Notes: a model not told the origin generated them from the sequence alone. 64,000 bases of DNA from an uncultured delta proteobacterium (GCA_963790475.1 CAWBOS010000006.1:32001-96000), one strand, 5' to 3'; numbered from the stretch's first letter, positions 52,065 through 61,489 are shown. Numbers and translations are program-made.

Positions 52065-52703
52065 TTAATTCGTGGGTTTGCTTAAGGCCCCGGTGGGGCA
52101 GTAGTCGATACAGATTCCACAATCTCTGCATACTTCTTTTTTTAATGGACCGTCCAGGTCGGTGATGATCTTGGACTGAAAGCCCCGATAAGCGACGCTT
52201 AAGACATTCTTTTGGGCGATCTCGTTGCAGGCCCCGACACACCGACGGCAGAGAATGCATTTGGAAAGGTCCCGTCGTACATAGGGATTATCGTCTTCAG
52301 GAGGATAATAACGGGGGGCCTCCACTTGAAAGCGGGGAGGCCCGATTTCAAGTTCAGCAGCCAGTTTATGGAGTGTACAGGCTTTGGCATTGATGTCTGC
52401 AACACAAGCCCCGGTATGAGCGGTCAGGAGGAGTTCAATAATCGTCCTTCTGGTTTCCAGGACCTTGGGCGAACGGGTATGAACAACCATGCCATTGGAA
52501 ATAGGCGTATGGCAGGCCGCTATCAGAGTACGGGACCCCGCCACTTCGATCAGGCAGACACGGCAAACACCCGTGGGTTGAAGGTCCGGCGAATGACACA
52601 GGGTCGGGATTTTAATATTAACCTGCTCGGCCGCTTGAAGGATGGTCATCCCCACCCGGCCTTTTACTGCGCTTCCGTCGATAGTAAGATGAATATCATT
52701 CAT
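52065..52703 (-). CDS. Stand-alone NuoG/HydA/FdhA N-terminal Fe-S subunit without catalytic domain
   Basis: IPTLCH, GVCRVC, AAC; HxxxCxxDxxxxxC; CILCRRCVGAC; CRDCGICIDYCPTGAL then stop. Confidence 0.92.
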   Translation of the reverse strand: MNDIHLTIDGSAVKGRVGMTILQAAEQVNIKIPTLCHSPDLQPTGVCRVCLIEVAGSRTLIAACHTPISNGMVVHTRSPKVLETRRTIIELLLTAHTGACVADINAKACTLHKLAAELEIGPPRFQVEAPRYYPPEDDNPYVRRDLSKCILCRRCVGACNEIAQKNVLSVAYRGFQSKIITDLDGPLKKEVCRDCGICIDYCPTGALSKPTN

Positions 52704-52886
52704 AATATTTGAAGAAAAAGGGGATTAATAAATTTTGAGGAAAGGGACAAGCCAACAGTTGCTATCGGTAAAAGACAAGAAGGTCCTTTTTGCCGATTGC
52801 CTGTAACTCCCAAGGAATCAAATTCTGCGCTTCAGGACATCCCCCTGGATGAGATGGGTAGCCAGAAATTCCTTGTGGATGGTAGG

Positions 52887-52916
52887 AGTATAAAATAGTC
52901 AAACAATAAGAGTCAA
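52887..52916 (-). promoter_or_regulatory. Sigma-70 promoter for the Fe-S/Mo-enzyme operon
   Basis: Minus strand TTGACT-18 bp-TATACT. Confidence 0.5.
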
Positions 52917-53128
52917 GCATAAAACCTGGCCAAAAATCCTGACTCAAAAGGTCCAGTGATCGCCGGACGTTTCGATATTCATATATGAGAGGCCTTCTTA
53001 GAAATAACCCGGAGGTCCGATTTTTTTTGACGAAGTATCCAAGAGGCGTTATTATTGACGCTCTAAAGATCAGGTAAATTTGAATTACGATTCTCACCCT
53101 CGGGGGTGTAGAAATTTCAAGGAGAAGC

Positions 53129-53902
53129 ATGGATAAATACCCAACTCCCCCCATGGCCGATTACCAGGATTTAAGGAAGCTCTGCCTGGAAATTGCCATT
53201 GCTGTGGGTCCCCCGATTTTCTATACCGAAAAAGAAGAATCCGTCGCACAATCCCGGATCGCTTTTGAAAAAAATGAGACGGTCCAAGAGTGTTTAGGGA
53301 TTGTGGCTCAGGAAGGATTTTTCGCCGGTCATGCCGAGGTGCATATCCGCAATGTGGCCATTGATGCCGGGGCTATCGTTCTCATTGAAGCCGATGGATC
53401 GTCAGCTATAGGGAAAATCGGCCAAAGGCTTTCTTTCCTGGCCCACATAGCCGGCGTTCTTCATGATATCAAGCGGTCACACCCCGAGCATGCCCGTCTC
53501 GGCGCCCTTGAAGCCGAAAGGATTCTGAAGCGGTTTGATCTGGAAGAGGTCGAACAGCAAATGATCGTCAAGGCCATTGCCAATCATGAGGCCTTTCAAC
53601 CGTCTGAACCTCTCGAATCGTCGAATGCCCAACTTCTTTCCGATGCCCTTTATGATGCCGATAAATTCCAGTGGGGGCCGGAAAATTTCACCGAAACCCT
53701 CTGGGCCATGCTGGCCTTACGACAGAACGAAAATGTTCCTCTCCTTTTCCAGAGGTTTCCCCAAAGCATGGAAGGCATCGAACGAATCCGCAGCACCTTC
53801 CGTTCGCGCACCGGCCAGTTCTATGGGCCCGACTTTATCGACCGGGGTCTGGAAATCGGCCATCGACTTTATGACCAGTATAAAGCTATCCAAGGAGATT
53901 GA
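53129..53902 (+). CDS. HD-domain phosphohydrolase
   Basis: H...GVLHDIKR...HARLGA...IANHE...YDADKF. Confidence 0.85.
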   Translation: MDKYPTPPMADYQDLRKLCLEIAIAVGPPIFYTEKEESVAQSRIAFEKNETVQECLGIVAQEGFFAGHAEVHIRNVAIDAGAIVLIEADGSSAIGKIGQRLSFLAHIAGVLHDIKRSHPEHARLGALEAERILKRFDLEEVEQQMIVKAIANHEAFQPSEPLESSNAQLLSDALYDADKFQWGPENFTETLWAMLALRQNENVPLLFQRFPQSMEGIERIRSTFRSRTGQFYGPDFIDRGLEIGHRLYDQYKAIQGD

Positions 53903-53977
53903 AATTCTGGAATTCAGGAGCCGGGATTTGTTTATTAAGAGATAATTTCCCAAATCAGTTATCAAGAACCTAACCAC

Positions 53978-55108
53978 TCAGGACAACAAAATCTGAGCCA
54001 ACTGTTGTTTGTGATAGGCCGGTTCACCCAGAAAATTATAAAGGTAACGGGAAGTCCGTGTGTGTAGGGCCAAAGGGTGCTCCATGGAATAACTGATGCC
54101 GCTTATGGCCCGATGTGCCATATTGCAGGCCTGAAAATAAGCCTCACTGGCCACGGCCTTGGCCAAATGAACACTCTTCGGGACCAAGCCCTGGACATCC
54201 AGTTTCCACAAGGCTTCATAGGTGGTCCAGCGGGCGGCGTCAACCTGATTGACGATTTCAATAATCAAATCCTGGACACGCTGAAAACGGCCTATGGTCT
54301 GTCCGAACTGAATCCTGACCCGGCTGTAATCCACGGCGATATCGAAAACAGCCTGGCAACCGCCGACTTTATAGGCACAAAGAACAGGAATGGAACTCTG
54401 GATGCCTTTGATTAAAGGGATCCAGCCGGTATCCTTTTTCCCTAATAAAGCCGAAGGAGGCAACTTGACATTGTCAAATTTCACTTCAAAGTTTCTGCCG
54501 ATTAAATATCCGGGTAATTTTCGTATCGAAACCCCCCCCGCTTTTTTATCCACTAAAAAAAGCGAAATGATATCGCTGTCATCTCCGGTGCGAAGCGGAA
54601 CAATAAAGTGTGTGGCCGACAAGGCATCTTGAACAAACAGCTTGACCCCGCTCAGAACAAAATCTCCGTTTTTTTCTTCAGGTCTGATTTTTATGGATCC
54701 GGAATTCCACCCATACTCCGCTTCGGTCATGGCCAGGGCCAATACTATTGATCCATCGGCAACCTGAGGTAAAATTTCTTTTTTTTGCTCATCCGTTCCG
54801 GCTTCCTGGACGATCAGACTCCCCAAAATTCCTGAGGAAAAATAAGGGCCGGGAAGAGGCCCGGTTCCCAGGGCCTCAAACAGGACCCCGGCGGTAGTCA
54901 GGGGATAGCCTGTCCCCCCAAACTCTTCCGGTATAACGATTCCCAGCCAACCCATATCGGCAACTTTTTTCCAAATAACCTCATTGAACCCGGTATCGGA
55001 ATCATGGAGAGCCATCAGCGTTTCCTTGGATATATCCCGTTTCATAAAATTGATGGCTGCAGTTTTAAGTATCTCTTCACTTTCGGTAAGCCTAATATCC
55101 AAATTCAT
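53978..55108 (-). CDS. Acyl-CoA dehydrogenase, beta-type subunit of heteromeric ACADs
   Basis: GWLGIVIPEEFGG, ALAMTE, RIQFGQTIGRFQ, GISYSMEH; ends LGEPAYH rather than EGT. Confidence 0.88.
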   Translation of the reverse strand: MNLDIRLTESEEILKTAAINFMKRDISKETLMALHDSDTGFNEVIWKKVADMGWLGIVIPEEFGGTGYPLTTAGVLFEALGTGPLPGPYFSSGILGSLIVQEAGTDEQKKEILPQVADGSIVLALAMTEAEYGWNSGSIKIRPEEKNGDFVLSGVKLFVQDALSATHFIVPLRTGDDSDIISLFLVDKKAGGVSIRKLPGYLIGRNFEVKFDNVKLPPSALLGKKDTGWIPLIKGIQSSIPVLCAYKVGGCQAVFDIAVDYSRVRIQFGQTIGRFQRVQDLIIEIVNQVDAARWTTYEALWKLDVQGLVPKSVHLAKAVASEAYFQACNMAHRAISGISYSMEHPLALHTRTSRYLYNFLGEPAYHKQQLAQILLS

Positions 55109-55237
55109 GGGTAATCTCCTTAGAAAAAATTGTTATGGTTAATCCCCTTCTCCTATTGATGAGGGCATCATAAATCATGAAAATTTGATTTGCCGAACTC
55201 TTGAAAGAAAAAGGGCATTTTCATGTCCATATTTTGG

Positions 55238-56494
55238 CTATCTTCCAATCCGCAGCGCCCTGGAGATAACGATTTTCAAGGCCTCCGGGGTGCCACCAGG
55301 GGCAATACATAGGCCGCTTCGTTCACAAACTTCAAAAAGGCCTTCCTCCAGAATGAGCTGATCGTCGTTGGTCAGGGCTTGGGGACCAAGAATCCTGGAT
55401 AGATAGGCGGTCATATTCAAACCCAACATTTTGGTAAACAGGGCGGTTTGGGGTCCGGCATAGGCGGCGCGTTTTCCTGCTCTGGGCAAGGCGGCGTTTC
55501 GCATATGAAAAAGCCGCTCTATCTCTCCTCCGATAAAGGTTTCAACCATGTCTCCTTGGAGCATGGGGTTTTGCAGCAGACGGTTTTTTATAACCGGATT
55601 GTTTTTACACTGGTCAAGCAATTTATCTACCATATGATTACGTGGAATAAAGGCGGCTCCGGTGCCGGCACGATCGGTATCTCTATCCCCATGTTCAACG
55701 GTTAAGGTGGCTGTGGTAACCTTCCAGCCGTCATTGTCCCCGCCGATCAAAAAGGAGTCAGGAATTTTAACGTCATCAAAAAAAACGGAATGTTTAACCC
55801 CCGGCGCGCTGTCCGCAGTTTGATAACAGACCTGACCGATAGTGCCCTCGGGAAAAAGGTCCAGTGGGAAAATTTGAACTCCCGCCAGATTAGCCGGGGC
55901 CAGAAACATAGCCAGATTCTGATGGCGGGGAGCCTCCATACTACTTCGGGTCAGGAGCAAAAATTGATCGGGTGGGGCGTAAAGGCCCCCGACAAATATT
56001 TTATTGCCGTTAACAACGAAATATTCTTTTTCCTTGACCGATCGCAGGGCGTTGGTCTGTTGGTTGGCCTCGTCCGTCCCGGCCTCCGGTTCGGTAAAAA
56101 GCTGCCAGGTGACGGCTTCTCCTTTTAGAATGGGGGGCAGTAAACGTTTCTTTTGCTCTTCTGTGGCACAGGCCATAAGGGTAGGGGCAGCGAGTTTCCC
56201 TGAGTCGTAAAGGGGTGGCAAGCTCAACCCTATTTCGGCCATTTCTTTATTCAGAACTGCCGATTTATCTCCCCCAAGGCCTCCTCCTCCGTATTCACTG
56301 GGAAATATAGGATAGAGCCACCCTTTTTGGCCAAGTTTGCGGCATAGATTGCGGCGCATTTCCCACTGTTCGCGGCTCATCTTAAAAATGCTCCGCGGTC
56401 TGACGAGGTCCTTAGGGACGTTCTCCTCCAGCCAGGCGCGAACTTCTTTGGCGAATGCTTCCTGTTCCGCATTGTATTTGTTGGAAAAGTCCAT
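55238..56494 (-). CDS. Acyl-CoA dehydrogenase, alpha-type subunit
   Basis: PSEYGGGG, WQLFTEPEAGTD, VNGNKIF, VFFDDV, GWKV, GGTPE. Confidence 0.9.
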   Translation of the reverse strand: MDFSNKYNAEQEAFAKEVRAWLEENVPKDLVRPRSIFKMSREQWEMRRNLCRKLGQKGWLYPIFPSEYGGGGLGGDKSAVLNKEMAEIGLSLPPLYDSGKLAAPTLMACATEEQKKRLLPPILKGEAVTWQLFTEPEAGTDEANQQTNALRSVKEKEYFVVNGNKIFVGGLYAPPDQFLLLTRSSMEAPRHQNLAMFLAPANLAGVQIFPLDLFPEGTIGQVCYQTADSAPGVKHSVFFDDVKIPDSFLIGGDNDGWKVTTATLTVEHGDRDTDRAGTGAAFIPRNHMVDKLLDQCKNNPVIKNRLLQNPMLQGDMVETFIGGEIERLFHMRNAALPRAGKRAAYAGPQTALFTKMLGLNMTAYLSRILGPQALTNDDQLILEEGLFEVCERSGLCIAPGGTPEALKIVISRALRIGR

Positions 56495-56760
56495 AATGTA
56501 ATCCTTTCGTTTTTTTTGGGGTTCTGGGCTATCGGATCCCGGTGCCAAATGGAGTCCGATCATCACATAAAATAAGTTCTCTTTATTTCACAAATTTAGA
56601 TCATTTAGAATCGTTACAAAACTCTGTTAATGAAGTCAATATTTATTTATCCGCAGGAAGTCTATTTATCTTTTGGTTTGACAAGTCGATACTAACAAGA
56701 TATTTCAGAAATTGTCAAAAATATCAAGGAGAGTCAAAAAAGATTCTGGAGGGAATTAGG

Positions 56761-57885
56761 ATGGCAACCCAACTATTTGAACCGATCAAAATAAATAAAT
56801 TGAAAATCAAGAACCGCCTGATGCGCTCAGCTACCTGGGATGGGAGTGCGGACGAGTCCGGCGGGATAACGGACCAATCTATCCGCATATACCAACAACT
56901 GGGACAAGGGGACATCGGGCTCATTGTTACCGGTTACGCCTTTGTTTCTCATCCGCTGGGACAGGCCAATCCTGGGCAGTACGGAATATACAACGATCAG
57001 CTCCTGCCCGGTTGGAAACACCTGGTAAAAACAGTACATGAAAGCGGCGAGAGCAAGATTGCCATGCAGATCGTCCATGCCGGGATCAATTCCCCCTACC
57101 TGTTAAGGAAAGGCTATACCCTGCTATCGGTATCAAGAAAACCGGAATTGAGCCGCCCCCATCAGGAGATGTCTGAGAAAGAGATCAAGGGGATAATCAA
57201 AGACTTCGCCGATGCGGCGGTACGGGTCCGGGAGGCGGGCTTTGATGCCGTCCAGATCCACGGCGCACACGGCTATTTATTGAGCCAGTTCGTTTCCCCG
57301 ATTTTCAACCAAAGGACCGACCGCTGGGGGGGCAGTCCTGAGAACCGCCGTCGTTTTCATTTGGAGGTTATCCGGAGAATCCGGAAAGCGGTGGGAAATG
57401 ATTATCCGGTATTGATTAAATTCGGGGCGGAGGATAACCAGGAAGGCGGCATGCCCTTTTCCGAAGGTCTGGAGACTTGCCGTCAGATGGAAAAAGCGGG
57501 GATAGACAGTATCGAAATCAGCACCGGTGTGGGGGAAGGCTCTGGGGCGATTAGCAAAAGTGAATTGAAAAAAGGTGCGGTCGACAAGGTCCTTTTCCGG
57601 CAGAACGCGGCGGCGGTAAAAAAGGCCGTGGGCGTGCCGGTTGCGGTGGTCAACGGCATCCGCAGTCTGGAGAAGGCCCAGGAAATTATTGCCAGCAGTG
57701 ATGCCGATATGATTTCCCTGTGCCGCCCGTTTATCCGCGAGCCGCACTTGATTTCCCGCTGGCTGGCTGGAGATACCCGACCGGCGGCCTGCATCTCCTG
57801 TAACCTGTGTTTTCCGATCTTGAGACGGGGTGAGCCGCTGGAATGCGGAGAAGAAAGAAGGCAGAAGGAAAAAGGGAAGAAGTGA
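56761..57885 (+). CDS. NADH:flavin oxidoreductase (Old Yellow Enzyme family)
   Basis: KNRLMRSAT, QIVHAG, GFDAVQIHGAHGYLLSQF, RTDRWGGS, C-terminal CISCNLC. Confidence 0.93.
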   Translation: MATQLFEPIKINKLKIKNRLMRSATWDGSADESGGITDQSIRIYQQLGQGDIGLIVTGYAFVSHPLGQANPGQYGIYNDQLLPGWKHLVKTVHESGESKIAMQIVHAGINSPYLLRKGYTLLSVSRKPELSRPHQEMSEKEIKGIIKDFADAAVRVREAGFDAVQIHGAHGYLLSQFVSPIFNQRTDRWGGSPENRRRFHLEVIRRIRKAVGNDYPVLIKFGAEDNQEGGMPFSEGLETCRQMEKAGIDSIEISTGVGEGSGAISKSELKKGAVDKVLFRQNAAAVKKAVGVPVAVVNGIRSLEKAQEIIASSDADMISLCRPFIREPHLISRWLAGDTRPAACISCNLCFPILRRGEPLECGEERRQKEKGKK

Positions 57886-58076
57886 TTCGGAGTCCAATGG
57901 TCAAAGGTAGGGATTGAATTTTGAATGTATAGGTGTTGAGCCATAGACGCTCGTTGGGTTCCGGTATCCGCCTGGCCAAGTCATACCGCGGACCTAAATC
58001 GTTCCGATATAATCCATAATCTGTCGGTTGAATAAACTCATCCTAAACCCGTCATTTGGGCGATCGGATGCGGTGA

Positions 58077-58760
58077 TTAGTCGGACGAATCGATGACTCC
58101 CTTCAGTTCAGAGAGCGATCTGATCGTAGGAATTCCTTCCTGACAATTTAAGCCGCTGCGGTTCAGCCATATCCCCCGTAGCCCGGCCGAGAGACTGCCT
58201 TGGGCATCTGCATTTAAACTGTCGCCGATATGCCAGGACTCTGAAGGACTAACTTTTGCGGCCCGACAGGCTTCAAGGAAGATTCTCGGATCTGGTTTTG
58301 CTATGCCGAGTTCCTCGGAGATTATGACTGTCGAAAATCGGTCCATAAGGCCCGTATGGATAAGCTTTCGTCTTTGCTGAAAGGCCTGGCCATTGGAGAT
58401 GATCCCCAGTCTGGTTCCCGCCAACTGGTCCAGACAAGATTCCACGTCAGAGAATAGGGTCCAATTCTTTTCATAGTAATCAAGGTAGGTTTCAAAGAGT
58501 GTATCTGCTTCTGCGTCGCTCAGAATAAGGTGATGGGCGAAGAGTTCCTTCAGCCGTTCTCGTCTTTGGCCTTGAAAAGACAACTCCCCCGACAGATACC
58601 GGCGTGTGTGCTTTTCCGTGGCCACTCGCCAACGGGTCGCAAACTCCTCGGGGGATACAGGAAAGACATCTTCGTGAAGCCGATGGAATTCCATAGCCGC
58701 TGTCCACTCCGCCCTTCGGTTATCAAGAAGTGTGTCGTCAATGTCGAAGAAGATCATCAT
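58077..58760 (-). CDS. HAD-superfamily hydrolase
   Basis: FDIDDTL, ISNG, KPDPRIF, HIGDSLNAD. Confidence 0.92.
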   Translation of the reverse strand: MMIFFDIDDTLLDNRRAEWTAAMEFHRLHEDVFPVSPEEFATRWRVATEKHTRRYLSGELSFQGQRRERLKELFAHHLILSDAEADTLFETYLDYYEKNWTLFSDVESCLDQLAGTRLGIISNGQAFQQRRKLIHTGLMDRFSTVIISEELGIAKPDPRIFLEACRAAKVSPSESWHIGDSLNADAQGSLSAGLRGIWLNRSGLNCQEGIPTIRSLSELKGVIDSSD

Positions 58761-59362
58761 CAACTTTCAGGACACAAGGTCCTGGTTGAGCCGAAGCCTG
58801 CAGTTCGGGTGTTTGGCAACAAAGCTCGATTAAAGGACCTTATCCATTTTCCTTCAAGATTCTCGTGTCTTATCTGCTTTTCTCCAAAATGGTATTCAAC
58901 GGCCCGAAGAACACCTTCGTGACTTACCGCAAGGATGGGACCAGACCACGAGGACAAGCTGCATAGTCCTTGAAGAACTCTTTCCAAAAAATTGGGCCAG
59001 GCTTCTCCGCCAGGTATGTCGATGATCTGACCGGCTCGCCACCTATCCAAGAGACCTGGAAACCGAATGCCAATTTCTTGAGAGGTGAGGCCGCAGATAT
59101 CCCCGGATTGGCGTTCTTTCAACTCTGGAAGCGGGGGAGCCAAGTCAATTCCCAATTCACTGGCCATGATTGCCGCCGTTTCCCGTGCACGTCTAAGATC
59201 AGAACTGGTCACTGACCGGAAGCCCATTTCCTTCAATCTTGAACTGGCCTTTTGGGCCTGCCGACGTCCCAGGTCCGTCAGGGGCGGGTCTGCCTGTCCA
59301 GCCCACCTGTGCTCGTCATTCCATGTCGATTGACCATGCCGCACCAGATAGATTTCGGTCAT
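58760..59362 (-). CDS. Histidine phosphatase (PGAM family)
   Basis: VRHGQS, SSDLRRARETA, LKE, VSHEG. Confidence 0.92.
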   Translation of the reverse strand: MTEIYLVRHGQSTWNDEHRWAGQADPPLTDLGRRQAQKASSRLKEMGFRSVTSSDLRRARETAAIMASELGIDLAPPLPELKERQSGDICGLTSQEIGIRFPGLLDRWRAGQIIDIPGGEAWPNFLERVLQGLCSLSSWSGPILAVSHEGVLRAVEYHFGEKQIRHENLEGKWIRSFNRALLPNTRTAGFGSTRTLCPES

Positions 59363-60144
59363 TTGGTTACCAAACCGGTCAGCATCGATAATGATATGTC
59401 GACAGGAAAGAGGATTGTTTGGCCGGTTTTTCCAGCGTTGCGCAGGTCGGCTTCAATTTGGACTTTGCCCTTCGCGTACTCTTCCGAAGAAAGAAGAGTC
59501 AGTTGAGAGGTGAACTCCTTGGTCAAAGAAAGAACTTCGTCCCCGCGCTTATCGTTAAGAATATGTTCCCCTACTGACCATTGAATTTTTCCAAACCCGG
59601 TGGCAATCATCCAGTCAGTAATGGCCCCCGGGGAAGGATAGCGCTTTAGGTCCGCCTCACGGGTTCCCGGAAAATAGTCATAAATGAACCAACGGTCCTT
59701 CAAGGGGTGGGGATTCATGCCTATCACTGCCAGAACTCCATTCTCCTTAAGAACCTTATAAGCCTCCGCTATGAAGGCTGAAGGATATTTGAAGTGATGG
59801 AGGGCGTTGACACAATACACCATATCAAAACTATTGCTTTGGAATGGTAATAGACTCGCGTCTCCCTGAATGAGAGAGAATTTCCCCTTCTGTTCAACAG
59901 CCTTTCGAAGCATGCCAGGAGATGGGTCTAGGCCGACAACCCGGGCCTTATCCTGTAAAATGCCCAGCCAATGCCCGGTGCCGCAACCGACTTCAAGGAC
60001 TCTTTCGGCGTCCGTTTCATGAACGAGATTCAGCAGCTTTGAAGCAATCCCCTCCGGCCTGTAGGCACCACTTTTGTACCTCTCGTTGTAGCTGGCGGCT
60101 ACCTCGTCATAGTCGATGCCTTTCAGCGGCTTATCTTGCATCAT
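59359..60144 (-). CDS. Class I SAM-dependent methyltransferase (start uncertain)
   Basis: VLEVGCGTG, GLDPS, GDASLLPF, SFDMV, ALHH. Confidence 0.9.
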   Translation of the reverse strand: MMQDKPLKGIDYDEVAASYNERYKSGAYRPEGIASKLLNLVHETDAERVLEVGCGTGHWLGILQDKARVVGLDPSPGMLRKAVEQKGKFSLIQGDASLLPFQSNSFDMVYCVNALHHFKYPSAFIAEAYKVLKENGVLAVIGMNPHPLKDRWFIYDYFPGTREADLKRYPSPGAITDWMIATGFGKIQWSVGEHILNDKRGDEVLSLTKEFTSQLTLLSSEEYAKGKVQIEADLRNAGKTGQTILFPVDISLSMLTGLVTK

Positions 60145-60160
60145 GGTCACAAGATCCAAG

Positions 60161-60634
60161 CTAGCTGGAATAGGTTTTTTTGTGTTTTCGGGTTGAGAAT
60201 TTTGATCTCCTTTTTTTCTCAGTTTGTTGTTTTTTATAAAAAACTAAAAACTCTTTGGGGGAAAAGACTTTGGTACCTTGACATAGGTCGACGGGGAAAT
60301 GCTTTTGATTTCCTGTAACAAGACAAGTTGCCTGACTGGCTAGGGCAACTTCGAGAAATGGCTCATCGTCTGGATCAGGGAGCGAATGGTTCAAAGGGGA
60401 GGATGCAATTGTCTGGCCACGATATATAATATAATCAAGGAGAGAAGCCACCTTTTCTTCTTCAAACATAAACTTCGGTCTTCGCAAAACCTCATTGTAT
60501 TCCAACAGAATTCGAGCATCAAAAGAAAGCGTCAATTCGCCGGAGGAAATCATGCGGACAATTTCCCCACTAGCCCCGAAGGGTGATAAAAGACCCGCTA
60601 CCAGAACATTGGTGTCTATGACAAGGTCCATCAT
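60161..60634 (-). CDS. PIN-domain toxin
   Basis: VIDTNVLVAGL, EY.EVL.RPKF, DPDDEPFLEVA, LVTGN.KHF. Confidence 0.9.
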   Translation of the reverse strand: MMDLVIDTNVLVAGLLSPFGASGEIVRMISSGELTLSFDARILLEYNEVLRRPKFMFEEEKVASLLDYIIYRGQTIASSPLNHSLPDPDDEPFLEVALASQATCLVTGNQKHFPVDLCQGTKVFSPKEFLVFYKKQQTEKKRRSKFSTRKHKKTYSS

Positions 60635-60915
60635 TTATGTTTTTCACGAACTGATTTTATTTCGGCATTGATTTCATCCAACGAAATCTTGTCTGTTCCT
60701 TTCTCTACAGAACTCCGTTGGAGAGAAACAACGGCCTCAATAGCGCGGGCCCGGCGAAAGGCCGAGAGGGATTCCTCAAGATTCGCTTCAGTTATTGCCG
60801 CAAGAATGGCTATTGGCCGTCCATTGTTGGTAACAATCATCTCTCTTTCATCAGGAAGCTCTTTCCAGATTTGTGAGGATTTGCCTCTTAAATCGCGTAT
60901 GCTTAAAAATTTCAT
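60631..60915 (-). CDS. Phd/YefM-family antitoxin
   Basis: MKFLSIRDLR...IVTNNGRPIAIL; ATGA overlap with the PIN gene. Confidence 0.88.
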   Translation of the reverse strand: MKFLSIRDLRGKSSQIWKELPDEREMIVTNNGRPIAILAAITEANLEESLSAFRRARAIEAVVSLQRSSVEKGTDKISLDEINAEIKSVREKHK

Positions 60916-60968
60916 ATTTGTACCCCCCAATATGTGTCCCATATTATGTACACAAATGTCACCCAAAG

Positions 60969-61469
60969 TCAACCCTTTTTACCGAATCCCATTTCCCCTT
61001 CAATAAGAATGCAGTCGAAAAACCTTTCCAGATTGAATCGGCTGATCTTATTTCGCTGTTTATGAGCTTCACCGTTGGTCATAAGGGCCAAGGGAATATT
61101 TTTCGCGATCAAGTGTTCAAGAGTCTGTTCTGCTTTTTCAAATAGGTAAATCGCTTCCTCCCTTTGCGCAGAAAAGGCATCTGCAACTTCTCCGGCCAAA
61201 GCAAGATTTTTAATGCCCAAGTTCTGAAAGGCCTGGTTAACAATCAGCCTCCGGGCGAAGTTGAGATCCCGGCGGCCATGTTTGTGACGTTCTTTGTCAG
61301 ACCAATACCAGGAGCTTACTTCATGGATCGCCTGGAAAAGATTGTCCGGAGTAACAGAATCCATTCGGTCGGTAAAGTCTGCACAAATCCTTCTCCAGAT
61401 CGGTTCGGCGACCGGCGAATAGGCGATGATCGTGTCATCCAAGTCAAAGAGTATACCTTTGGGCAACAT
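60969..61469 (-). pseudogene. HAD hydrolase truncated at motif III
   Basis: FDLDDT, MTNG, then GEMGFGK followed by KG*; lacks the KP and GD motifs (166 aa versus 227 aa for the intact HAD nearby). Confidence 0.75.
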
Positions 61470-61489
61470 ATTCTATCCTTTTTTTGATA

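Noticed and set aside
50379-52703. Respiratory complex I, hydrogenase or formate dehydrogenase operon; electron-bifurcating assignment
   Set aside because: No membrane nuo genes, H-cluster, NiFe or bisPGD subunit; NuoF lacks the extra Fe-S domains typical of bifurcating HydB
52762-53154. 130-aa minus-strand ORF
   Set aside because: Covers divergent promoters and leader hairpins; no motif
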